Origin: Candidatus Bathyarchaeota archaeon
Lineage (GTDB): Archaea > Thermoproteota > Bathyarchaeia > Bathyarchaeales > DTEX01
Direction of reading: 5' to 3'
DNA: 64,000 nucleotides
Assembly (NCBI GenBank): GCA_963714275.1
Contig: CAVQNT010000002.1
Span: 512,001 to 576,000 of the forward strand
Each line of letters starts with the position of its first letter. Within the stretch, counting starts at the first letter, position 1. Positions 43,754 through 53,430 of this stretch are shown in pieces. The notes beneath the pieces were generated by a model. That model was not told where the DNA came from. It was given only the letters and a program-made list of their open reading frames with translations, and ran no database searches. A program made the translations under genes and the position numbers.

Positions 43754-44731
43754 TTATTTCAGGAAGTCGTCAAATTTCCAGTAGTGTTCTTCTTCTTGCT
43801 GGATTATTTCCTCAAATATGTGCCTGGTTTTTGTGTCTCCACTTTTAAGGGCTTCTGAGATAATTTTTCGGTACAGCATTATGGCATAGTTTTCAGCCTC
43901 ATGATCAAACTTCAGAAAGTCATCAGCGGTTTTGCCGATTAGTGGAAGAGGATCTGGATTAGTGGTGGTTTCCCCTTCAACTAAATAAATTCGTTCAGAG
44001 ATTTTTTCGAGATGTTCCATTTCTTGCATGAAAATCCCCTTCAACAGTTCGCTGACAACTTTGGCTTTATTGGCTTCGGTGATTACCTCGAGTGGCATTT
44101 CTTTTTTTCGCAAGACCAATAAACTGGCTTTCTCATGTTGGTTTGTATATTGAATTATGGCTGAGATTTCAGCTGCAGCTGCCTTGTTAAGCAAAGCGTA
44201 GTAATCATCAGTAAAGATTCTTCGCCATTCTGATATAGGTAATTCAGGTCCTTCAGATTCGTCCTTCACATTTACGTATTCTTGGAATTTGAATAAATGT
44301 GCCTCTTCTTCTGCATAGATTTTTTCAAATAATTCACGGGTTTCCCAATCACCAATTTTTCCTGCAGCCTCGATAATTCTACGGTATAATACTAATGCTT
44401 CTTCTTCTGCCATCACTCCGTTTACTGCAAATTCGCTTAAGGTGTTGCCTACAACTAGTTTATCTGATTTTGTTGTTGCCTCTCCGCCTAGATAGTAAAT
44501 CCGCTCCATGATAGCGCCAGCATGCTTCATTTCTTGAATGGCAATTTCTTTTAGAAATTTTCCCATCGCCTCATAGGTTGTTTTTTCCATAAGAATGTTC
44601 TCGGGAATGACCCTGCGAATTAGTTTTTCCATCTTTGTATGTTGAAGCATGTATTGAACCGAAACCTTCAACTCCCGCGAAATAGCTTGGTTCAATAAAC
44701 CGATATAATCAGGTGTAGCTTGGACAGACAT
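43754..44731 (-). CDS. Tandem ferritin-like (double bacterioferritin-type) protein
   Basis: Two repeats, each with E..(V/I)QY, EMxH...ERI and EEExH di-iron motifs. Confidence 0.85.
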   Translation of the reverse strand: MSVQATPDYIGLLNQAISRELKVSVQYMLQHTKMEKLIRRVIPENILMEKTTYEAMGKFLKEIAIQEMKHAGAIMERIYYLGGEATTKSDKLVVGNTLSEFAVNGVMAEEEALVLYRRIIEAAGKIGDWETRELFEKIYAEEEAHLFKFQEYVNVKDESEGPELPISEWRRIFTDDYYALLNKAAAAEISAIIQYTNQHEKASLLVLRKKEMPLEVITEANKAKVVSELLKGIFMQEMEHLEKISERIYLVEGETTTNPDPLPLIGKTADDFLKFDHEAENYAIMLYRKIISEALKSGDTKTRHIFEEIIQQEEEHYWKFDDFLK

Positions 44732-44878
44732 GACTATTCACTCTCCTATTAACAAAATAGAAATGTGTCTGATGATATTTAAAAGATTCGGATATAGTGT
44801 TGTTAAGTAATTTTTGAACAAAAAAACCACATTTAAATTTAACATACGCTTCATATTTTTTATTGAAGGAATTTTACT

Positions 44879-45556
44879 ATGAAACTGCCTTATCTGGAAA
44901 AGATTGGTCAGCGTGGAGATATCACAGTTTGGTCAGTTGATGGGATCTATGTCCGAAGGAATTTAGATGAAGAATTCACGAATTTCGGGCAGCAATATCG
45001 GTTCGAGTGCATTCCTGAAAACGAGTTTTGGATTGATAGAGAAGCTAGTCCAGATGAACAGCAATTTTACATCGACCACCTTTTAATGGAGTATCATCTC
45101 ATGAAAAAGGGTGTTCCTTATGTTAAGGCGCTTGAGTTTGCTGATCGCAAAGAGAGATCTGAGCGAAAGAAAGTCGATGGAATTCCGCCCGACCGGTCAA
45201 AAGGAGAAGTCAGCCCAACAATTGTGCACCTCCAGGTTTTAACAAAAACGGATGATGTGACAATATGGCTCATTAACGGTCGATTAGTGCGAGACTGGTT
45301 CGATATCGACTTTACAGAAGGCGGACATGACTTGGTTTACAAATTTGTGCCTAAAGAAGAAGTGTGGATTGACAACGATGTTGAACCTGAAGAAAGATCC
45401 TATATTCTCCTTCATGAACTGCACGAACGTAATCTCATGAAAAAAGGATTGTCGTACAGTGAGGCCCATGCGGATTCAAGTCAGCTTGAGTACCACGTAA
45501 GGCATCATCCAGAGGAACTCTCTATAACCTTAGAGAAAGAAATCAAAGAGAAATAA
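44879..45556 (+). CDS. Hypothetical protein with internal duplication and HELHE motif
   Basis: Two ~70-aa repeats (W.(V/I)(D/N)G..VR...D..FT..G......P..E.WID......E....H...E..LMKKG..Y..A). Confidence 0.75.
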   Translation: MKLPYLEKIGQRGDITVWSVDGIYVRRNLDEEFTNFGQQYRFECIPENEFWIDREASPDEQQFYIDHLLMEYHLMKKGVPYVKALEFADRKERSERKKVDGIPPDRSKGEVSPTIVHLQVLTKTDDVTIWLINGRLVRDWFDIDFTEGGHDLVYKFVPKEEVWIDNDVEPEERSYILLHELHERNLMKKGLSYSEAHADSSQLEYHVRHHPEELSITLEKEIKEK

Positions 45557-45650
45557 AAAAAACTTTTTCCATAATAATATTATCAATATAGGACATCTGC
45601 CTGATGAAAGATAAGGCTTAAGTTAGACTTGAATGTTGAAAGGGTATTTG

Positions 45651-45773
45651 GCGGGGGTACCCGAGCCAGGTCTAAATAGAGGGAAACAGACACACAACCC
45701 CCTAAGACAAGGGGGAGGACTTAAGATCCTCTGGCGAAGGCCTCCGTGGGTTCAAGTCCCACCCCCCGCACCA
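45651..45773 (+). tRNA. tRNA-Leu(TAA) with 35-nt intron in the D-arm (45676-45710)
   Basis: GCGGGGG/CCCCCGC acceptor stem, GAGGA-CTTAAGA-TCCTC anticodon arm, long variable arm, CCA; GTCT/AGAC central helix with 3-nt bulges. Confidence 0.92.
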
Positions 45774-45838
45774 TTTATATATAAAGTATAGGGGGGTTTG
45801 TCCAGAGGGCATTAACGTCGCTGTGGGCTTCAATATTT

Positions 45839-47078
45839 TCACTTCCTAAGGATTTTGACTCCGTTAAAGTCGCATACGAATTCGAAGCCTGCATCCACGA
45901 AGGCGCAGACATCTACTTCAGTTTTGGCTACTCGTGAAACGTATTCTTGCTGGTCTTTAAAGAGCTCCTCTGCAAGTTGCACGTAGATCAAGGTGTTCTT
46001 AATGTTTTTGTGGCCAAGGGTCTGCATGACGTGCAGGATGTCTTTGGTTTTATGGTATTCCCATGTGCCCTTCCAGTGCCGAAATGTATGGAACGTTATT
46101 TGCTTCAGTCTTGGGTTTTTTAGTTTGTTAGCCATGCGTTTTCGCTGCTGGTTGAAATTGTCTCGGTGATGATCCAAGGGTTGATTGGGGGCGGAGAACA
46201 CTTTTTCTCCGTAGGTTTTTGGCAGATTCTCAAGCATTAATGCGAGTTTTTGGCTTATGTGGCAGATTCTTGGGTTGGAACGTTTTTCCGCCGTAATTCT
46301 GACTACTTTTGAGACTATGTCTATGTCAGTACATTTGGCTGACCACGCTTCACCTGATCGTGCTCCGGTTTCCTTGAGGAATTGGAGGAATGTTCCCATT
46401 CGTTTGCTGCAACCGGCGATTAATTGGTCGATTTCGCTTTCAGTTGGGATAAAAGGAATTTTGTGTATGCCCTCATATCGTGGTGGTTCCCATTTTCCTC
46501 CAACCATTTTGAGAAATGATGAATAGGCATCGACAGCATTCGCCTTTCTTCCTTCACTCCACGGCTGTTTAGCTATGACTGCCTTAACTGATTCTGGGTC
46601 ATATAGGTCGACTCCTCGTTTCACAAGTACTTTTAGGAGTTTTGATCTTCCCACGATTGTTGTTTCACTGTAGCCTTCTTTTTTAAGCCACCAGACATAA
46701 TCGATAATTTTGCCTTTGATGTCAGCTGCTGTTGTTGTGGCCTCCCGCTGGCCTGTTTCCTGTCGGGTTTCTACTTTTTCCAAGTTTTTCGTCACTCCGT
46801 CAGCAACGCATACTTGGTACCTTAAAGTATGCTGGTTCTCCTTTTTTATCGCTTTGAAAAGGATCAGAAAACCGGAAGCCACAGTCACGGCAGAGCCACC
46901 TCTGAATTTTCTCGTCAAGATAATTTCGGAATCCGTCTTTCCAAACTCTGGATCCGCCACATTCTGGGCATGTGGGGGGCTGGTGCAGGCCGACGCTATG
47001 CATGTCGGACTTCCCGTCTGGGGTTTGAACCTGCTTTGGTGAAAAGGAGACGCCAACGGAGTTGTGGAAGCCAGCCAC
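45839..47078 (-). CDS. Tyrosine recombinase/integrase with N-terminal Zn ribbon (frameshift at ~46845)
   Basis: GARSGE, K, FHTFRH, LGH and Y catalytic residues intact; CPECG..KDG.R...QRWLCRDCG.RFS in overlapping ORF 46800..47078. Confidence 0.92.
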
Positions 47079-47105
47079 TCCCCTGCCTATCTTCTACTTT
47101 AAGGC

Positions 47106-47367
47106 TTAGGCTTCTCTACTTGGCGAAAAGAACAGTTCATCCGGCACGTTGCCCAGGACTTTTATGAAGCCTTCAGATTTGCAGAACTCTAAGACATGGC
47201 TGAACAACGGATCCTGCGAATTGCTGAAACATTTTATAAAGCCGAACCTACCAGTGAAGACTCGAAGTCTCGATGCCTTCAACGGTTTCCCTCATTTGGT
47301 AGGCGCCGGTTCTGCACCACTTCGCGTACTCTTCAAGGTCTTCCCAAGACTCCACTAAACTAACCAA
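47106..47367 (-). CDS. Unannotated 86-aa protein upstream of the integrase
   Basis: GGTGA RBS and TTG start; MVSLVESWEDLEEYAKWCRTG...EGIELRVFTGRFGFIK...PDELFFSPSREA after removing one base from AG(A)CT at 47266-47270. Confidence 0.7.
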
Positions 47368-47420
47368 TTATGTCACCTTGAACATTTGTTGAAACAAAAC
47401 TATAAGACATTTCTGTCCCC

Positions 47421-47626
47421 CACAAAGTATACTATACTTTGTGAGCCTCTTCAAAGTATACTGTACTTTGGAGACCCTCGCAAAGTACACTATCAAGTTA
47501 TAACTATACTATTAAGAAGCGCAATCAAAGTTCAGCATGGCGAATATTAGAAAACCTAACATTCCTTGTTTCTTTCTTTTGTCGGGTTTGAGGATTATGT
47601 TGAAGACCTCAGCAAAGTACACTATC
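47421..47626. repeat. Palindromic CAAAGTAYACTRTACTTTG array (29-bp period) plus two half-sites
   Basis: CAAAG starts at 47423, 47452, 47481 and 47613; first copy is a perfect 11-bp inverted repeat CACAAAGTATA-C-TATACTTTGTG. Confidence 0.85.
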
Positions 47627-47722
47627 GGAATAAGCGGAGCCATTAGCCCAACTCTTGCAGCAATGATACACGAAGGAAACGCACTCTTGGTTGTACTCAA
47701 CTCAGCAAGACTGATCAGATAG
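47627..47722 (+). pseudogene. C-terminal fragment of a P1B heavy-metal ATPase
   Basis: GAISPTLAAMIHEGNALLVVLNSARLIR* resembles the final TM (HEG...V.LN..RL) of P1B ATPases. Confidence 0.7.
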
Positions 47723-47921
47723 GTTCTCTGAGAGTTCTGTTTTCAAACATGTCAAATTTTTGCTTCTGTTAACCTAGCTGACTAAGTTAATTAGGCAGTA
47801 TTCTTGATTGGTTCAGTCCCAGTGGTGCATGGACATGATAGAGGTAAACAATCGTGCGCTTGCGTGTGCGCAGCGTCCTTTCAGTTTTGTTATCTATTCT
47901 GGATAACAAAGTGCACCAGTC

Positions 47922-50693
47922 TTGTCTTATGATAAAGCAGCCCTAGCCACTATTGAAGACCTCTATCATGAGCTTGGAACTGGGCCTGATGGTCTCTCAG
48001 ACCAAGAGGCTGGGCTTCGTTTACAAAAGTTTGGTCATAACGTTCTACCGACGGGTAAGAAAATCAGTCTACCTAGAAGGTTTCTCATTCAATTCAAGAA
48101 CATTTTCAACATCCTGCTATTGATTGCTTCATTCCTCTCATTTGTAAGTGGTCTGTTCTTCAATGATGCAGGCTCAATTCAAATGGGTCTCGCGATTCTC
48201 GTCGTGGTTTTTCTCAACGCTATTTTCAGTCTTTTCCAAGAGTACAGGGCTGAGAGGGCTGCGCAGGTCATACGGAGCTTCATCCCTAAAAAGACGAAGG
48301 TCATTAGAGATGGTCAAATGAAGGAAGTTGACGTGACTGACATAGTTCCCGGGGACATATTGGCTCTGGAAGAAGGTGACAGGGTGCCCGCTGACCTTAG
48401 GTTGACAAGCGCATTTGAGGTTTCCGTGGACAATTCGGTGCTGACTGGCGAGTCTGAGGCTCAGAGACGATTTGCCACAATGTCCTCGGGGATGTCGACA
48501 ACCACCAATGGGTTACATAACATACTGTTCGCAGGAACAACCTTGACCTCAGGTGTCGCCAGAGGTGTCATTCTGTCAACAGCAATGAATACTGAGTTCG
48601 GCAGGATTGTTTCGTTATCCAGCGAAGCCCATGAACCCCTGAGTGAACTTGAGAAAGACATTAACTACACTGCAAAGGTTGATCTTCTCGCGGCACTTCT
48701 TGTGAGCCTAATCTTTTTTTCTGCAGCTTTACTGATTGTTAGATTGAACCTCATACATAGTATCCTATTTGCAATCGGCGTCATGATATGTTTGGTGCCA
48801 GAAGGATTCCAGCTGACTGTTTCACTTTCCCTTGCCCTGACTGCACAAATAATGGCCAAAAGAAACGTGGTCGTGAAACGACTTTCCTCAGTTGAAACCG
48901 CTGGTTCAATGACTGTATTATGTGTGGACAAGACAGGCACAATCACAAGTGGAGAGATGATGGTGAAAAGAATCTGGGCAGCAGGAGAAGACTTTTGAAG
49001 TCACAGGTGACGGATATAGCCCAGATGGCTACATCAACTTCAATGGCAAGAAAATAAGTCGTCGCGAGTACCCGTCAATCTATAATCTCCTAGAGGTAAG
49101 CGCCTTCTGCAACAATGCTAAGCTAAACGCGCCCTCAGACAGAATTGGCAGATACACGGTTTTAGGAGACCCAACTGATGGAGACTTTCTCGTCTTCGCT
49201 GGAAAGGGTGACTTCAACGTTAGCAAAGCCTTGGCTGAAAACCAGAGAATTGGCTTAATCCCATTTAGTTCTCAGAGGAGGATGATGACAAGCATTCAAA
49301 AAGGTTCTGATGGAAAGATTACTGCTTTTACAAAGGGAGCTGGCCTTGAAGTGCTCAAACGATGCACCTATGTCTTCTACGATAATGATAGCGTGCCTTT
49401 AACAGATGAATTCAGAAGGGCAATAATGAAGCAGATGGATGATTTCGCCTTAGACGGCTTTCGGGTTCTTGCAATGGCGACGAAAATCCTTCCAAACGAA
49501 CCCGCAGAACTATCTCAAGGCATCGAAGAAGATATGACCTTTCTAGGTTTGGCCGCGCTACTTGATCCACCTAGACCTAAAGTAGAGGCTGCTGTCAAAG
49601 AAGCCAGAAGCGCAGGTATAAAGGTCATTATGCTGACGGGAGATCATGAGCTCACTGCGTATTCCATTTCAAAGAAAGTGGGAATCATAACTTCAGAGAT
49701 CAAGAGGTGGTCACCGGACAAGATCTCAACCAGATGAATGACAATGACTTGGCTGCTATGTTCGTTAAAGGCAACTGCGTATTTGCGAGGATAGCGCCCG
49801 AGCAGAAGGTTAGGATAGTGCATGTCTTGAAATCCATGGGAGAGGTGGTGGCAGTAACAGGGGATGGAGTGAATGACTCCCCAGCACTTATTGAAGCAAA
49901 TGTAGGCATATCTATGGGAGCCGGGGGAACGGATGTGGCAAGAGAGTCTGCGGACATAGTTCTACTGGATAACGATTTCACGTCTATAATAGAAGGGGTT
50001 AGGCTGGGAAGGTCAATGTTTGACAACCTGAGGAAGTTTGTCTACTACGTCTTTACGCACAACTGGGCTGAGCTTCTCGCCTTCATTGTTTTCGTCTTAA
50101 TTCAGTCTCCACTGCCTTTGCTAGTTGTCCAAGTGCTAGCAATAGACTTAGCGTTGGATGTGTTTCCTTCCCTTTCCTTAATAATGGAGCCTCCTGAGCC
50201 GGATGTTATGAAGAAGCCGCCCAGGAAAAGTGGGACGAGACTAATCAATTTTTCGACACTGCTGAGAAGTTGCTATGTCGGCGTGATTGTATCGGCTTGT
50301 GCAATCTTCTGGGCCTTTAACGTCTGGGGGAGTGGAGGATGGACTATGGGTAATAACGCAACGCTCGATCCTATATTATATGCCAGAGGAACGACAATCG
50401 TCATGGCAGGAATAATGATTGGTCAACTAGGAAATCTCTTCGCCTCCCGAACAGATCTAAAATCAGCACTCACGCTCAATCCGCTTAGAAATAGATGGCT
50501 CTTCCCCGCGATATTTGCTGAGTTTTGTATTATGATAGCAGTTATCTATCTGCCCCTCCTTCAGCCCCTATTCGGGACGGCTCCCCTTCTTCTATCGGAT
50601 TGGTTGTTCCTGTCAATATTAGCTCCCTTGGCTTTACTCTTAGAGGAACTAAGAAAGCTGTTAATGCATAGAATAGATCTTAAAATTGATTGA
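47922..50693 (+). CDS. Cation-transporting P-type ATPase (P2, Ca2+-like), apparent frameshifts at ~48991 and ~49700
   Basis: LTGES, VPEG, DKTGTIT, GDPTD, KGA, MLTGD, TGDGVND. Confidence 0.9.
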
Positions 50694-50750
50694 AATCAAT
50701 TAATAGAATATAGATTTTGGTAATCCTATTATTAAGAGCTGAATCAACTA

Positions 50751-51146
50751 TTACTTGTTTGGTTCAAATTTATTTGATATGAAGGCTGCCAAAGCGCTTA
50801 TAATGTCTTCTTCGTTTGCTTTCTCAATGAACTTGTCAAGGTCGACTTCATTCAATATGATGGCTAGATAGGCTCTTGGGGCTAGTCGGTATAGTTGAGA
50901 TTCGAAGCCAGCTTGAGTTTTGCGGGCACCGATTCTTTCAATGTAGCCTTTTTCTACTAGGCTTCTGACTCGACGGTTTATCACTGAATACTTGGTATAT
51001 CTCAATGCTCTTCGGATTCTTACTTTTTTACAGACGTCATAGATGGTTAAGGGTCCTTCTTCAGCGAGAACCCAGAATATTGCCTTGTTCAGTCTTGCTT
51101 CTCTGCCTTTGAAGATCGAAAGTCTCGGGTTCCCATTTTCTATCAT
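50751..51146 (-). CDS. Winged helix-turn-helix DNA-binding protein
   Basis: GPLTIYDV...YSVINRRVRSLVEKGYI...YRLAPRAY. Confidence 0.75.
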   Translation of the reverse strand: MIENGNPRLSIFKGREARLNKAIFWVLAEEGPLTIYDVCKKVRIRRALRYTKYSVINRRVRSLVEKGYIERIGARKTQAGFESQLYRLAPRAYLAIILNEVDLDKFIEKANEEDIISALAAFISNKFEPNK

Positions 51147-51615
51147 GTCCCCACATGCCCTTAAACAACTGGGACGCTGTCAAGTCTGCCAGAAAGGGAG
51201 ACTTTGTAGGGTCGGGTTTTTAGGCTTTTTACACAAATTTATGCAACACAATGTCCTATAGGTGGAAACGTTTCTGTATGCAGAAATGCCCTATAGGGAA
51301 ATTGTGCTGGTGAAGCTGATTTAAGCTTGTTACACATTTTCATGTTGATTTCGTCAATTAGGCATGTACAGAAGTGGGGATTTGGTTGGGGTCTTTTTCG
51401 GGGTGCAGAAACGATTTTCCTGAGGGTCTAAGATTTGTTTTTATATCCTTTTATGTGCTTAGATGCTTTGTAGGGGGAAACAATGATTATTAAAACTTTT
51501 TGAATTAGTATATTCAGGGTTCACCTAGTGCTGATGATTAGCTAGCTAACTTCCAACATGTATCTTCTGAAATCAATATATCTTAAAAAGTAAAATAAAT
51601 ACAAGGTCATAAATC

Positions 51616-52698
51616 ATGAAAAAACATACTTCTAAATTTTTAAAAAATAAGCAGGACGTAATAAGGACAGTAGATGGAAAACAAATTGCTGTAAAAAAAC
51701 TGGATGAATTCATATTGACAATGATGGATTCTGTGAAAATACCGGGTCTGTCAATTGCTATCATAAACAATGCAAAAGTAGTTTATCATCGAGCCTTTGG
51801 TGTAAAAAAAATCAATACTTTAGAAAAGGTTAATGAACAAACCATTTTTGAGGCTGGATCTATGTCCAAACCTCTCTTTGCATATTTTATTATGAAGCAG
51901 GTAGAGAAAGGGATACTAGATTTAGATAAACCTCTTTATGAATACTTGCCTTATCAGGATATTGCATACGATGACAGATACAAGCTAATTACTGCCAGAA
52001 TGGTACTTTGTCATACCTCAGGGTTTCCTAATTGGCGTAATGATAAATTAGATATTAAGTTCACCCCAGGAACAGCGTTTCAGTATTCAGGTGAAGGATA
52101 TCAATATCTGGCAAAGGTTGTAGCATACTTAAGAGGGACTGATTTTAAAGGATTGGATAGTATATTTCAAAAAGAGGTAGCTGAACCCTTAGGTGCTCAA
52201 CAATTGCACTACATTTGGAATGATTACATTGCACAACACAAAGCCACAGGTCACAGAGATGGGAAAGCAACCGATAATGGACCAATAGAAAAGAAACCTT
52301 GGATTTGCCATTTAGTTCCATTCCAAGGAGACCCAAATATATTTGGAGCAGCTTACAGTTTACATACTGAAGCGACCAATTATGCTAAATTTTTAATTGC
52401 GATGATGCAAGAAAAGGGGATTACCAAAGAAACATGGGATGAGATGTTGAAGGAACAGGTGAGTTTACCCATCGACAACGAATATAGGAAAAATGGTATA
52501 ACGGGTTGGAGTCTTGGATTTGCCATTGAGCCTACTTCGAATGGTGTTAGGTATATACACGATGGGAGCAACGGTGATTTCCAATCATATTGTCATTTTT
52601 ACAAAGAGAAAGACTATGGAATTGTTTTTTTCAGTAATTCAGATAAAATCATTTCAACTCAGTTTATTCAGAGATTAAGTGCGTTTCTTGAAGAGTAA
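51616..52698 (+). CDS. Serine hydrolase, beta-lactamase class C-like family
   Basis: IPGLSIA, SMSK (SxxK), LCHTSG, FQYSGEGY, HDG; AT-rich. Confidence 0.88.
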   Translation: MKKHTSKFLKNKQDVIRTVDGKQIAVKKLDEFILTMMDSVKIPGLSIAIINNAKVVYHRAFGVKKINTLEKVNEQTIFEAGSMSKPLFAYFIMKQVEKGILDLDKPLYEYLPYQDIAYDDRYKLITARMVLCHTSGFPNWRNDKLDIKFTPGTAFQYSGEGYQYLAKVVAYLRGTDFKGLDSIFQKEVAEPLGAQQLHYIWNDYIAQHKATGHRDGKATDNGPIEKKPWICHLVPFQGDPNIFGAAYSLHTEATNYAKFLIAMMQEKGITKETWDEMLKEQVSLPIDNEYRKNGITGWSLGFAIEPTSNGVRYIHDGSNGDFQSYCHFYKEKDYGIVFFSNSDKIISTQFIQRLSAFLEE

Positions 52699-52806
52699 AT
52701 TAAATTCTGACTATAATACGCTAGTCAGCTGACTAAATTTTACTTAACCTTTTTAACTGAATCCAATAATAGTTGATATGGATTCTTGATACCGGAGGAT
52801 AAATGC

Positions 52807-53142
52807 ATGGATGAGAAGCTTTTAGCGCCTTGTGGCACATACTGCGGAACATGTCACGCTCTGAATAGTGAGTAGAAGCCAAGTTGCTTAGGATGCGGAA
52901 ATCAGAATGGACAACTTTTCTGGGGTAAATGCAAACTATATGCTTGTGCAACGGGCAGAGTTGAACATTGCGGAATGTGTGAGGAATTTCCGTGTGACCT
53001 TTTTGTCGATCAATATGATCCTGCTGAGGGACCAAAAAGCGCCTTTACGAGAGCTGGACTTTTAGCATATCGCAAGAAAGTGGGGTCATTAAAGTTCATT
53101 GAAATGTCCAAGAAACTTCATGAAGAAGAACAGAAAAAATAA
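52807..53142 (+). CDS. DUF3795-family Cys-rich protein (in-frame TAG at 52873)
   Basis: MDEKLLAPCGTYCGTC...E*KPSCLGC...CKLYAC...HCGMCEEFPC; not in the ORF track. Confidence 0.75.
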
Positions 53143-53200
53143 CAAATACACGTTTAGAAAGGAACCATAACTGGAAACTAATAACCAGTCTGATCTATAT

Positions 53201-53430
53201 TCAGTTTAGCCGGTGTTGACGATTAACCAATTTTCCCCTTACGTTGAAGCCTTCTTGATTTTGCTCAACCTCGACCTTAAGGTTTTTGCCGATGAACATT
53301 TTTAGTAAATATGCATACCTCTTCGGAATCGGAATATAAAGTCGTTCGTACTCGTAGACTCTTTTTCCTTGCAAGTACTTCTTTTTTGAGACGCGACGGT
53401 AGATCTTCAGCTGTTCTTCCCTTTCCTCAA
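53201..53430 (-). CDS. Small basic hypothetical protein, possibly AbrB-like; start unclear
   Basis: QLKIYRRVSKKKYLQGKRVYEYERLYIPIPKRY...IGKNLKVEV; degenerate second copy at ~53549-53622. Confidence 0.55.

Noticed and set aside
46840-46850. Classic -1 slippery site (A6G) between the Zn ribbon and the integrase
   Set aside because: Joining the frames needs +1, not -1; a homopolymer error is simpler.
47421-47626. CRISPR mini-array
   Set aside because: Spacers are only ~10 bp and similar to each other, the repeats are truncated, and no cas genes are present.
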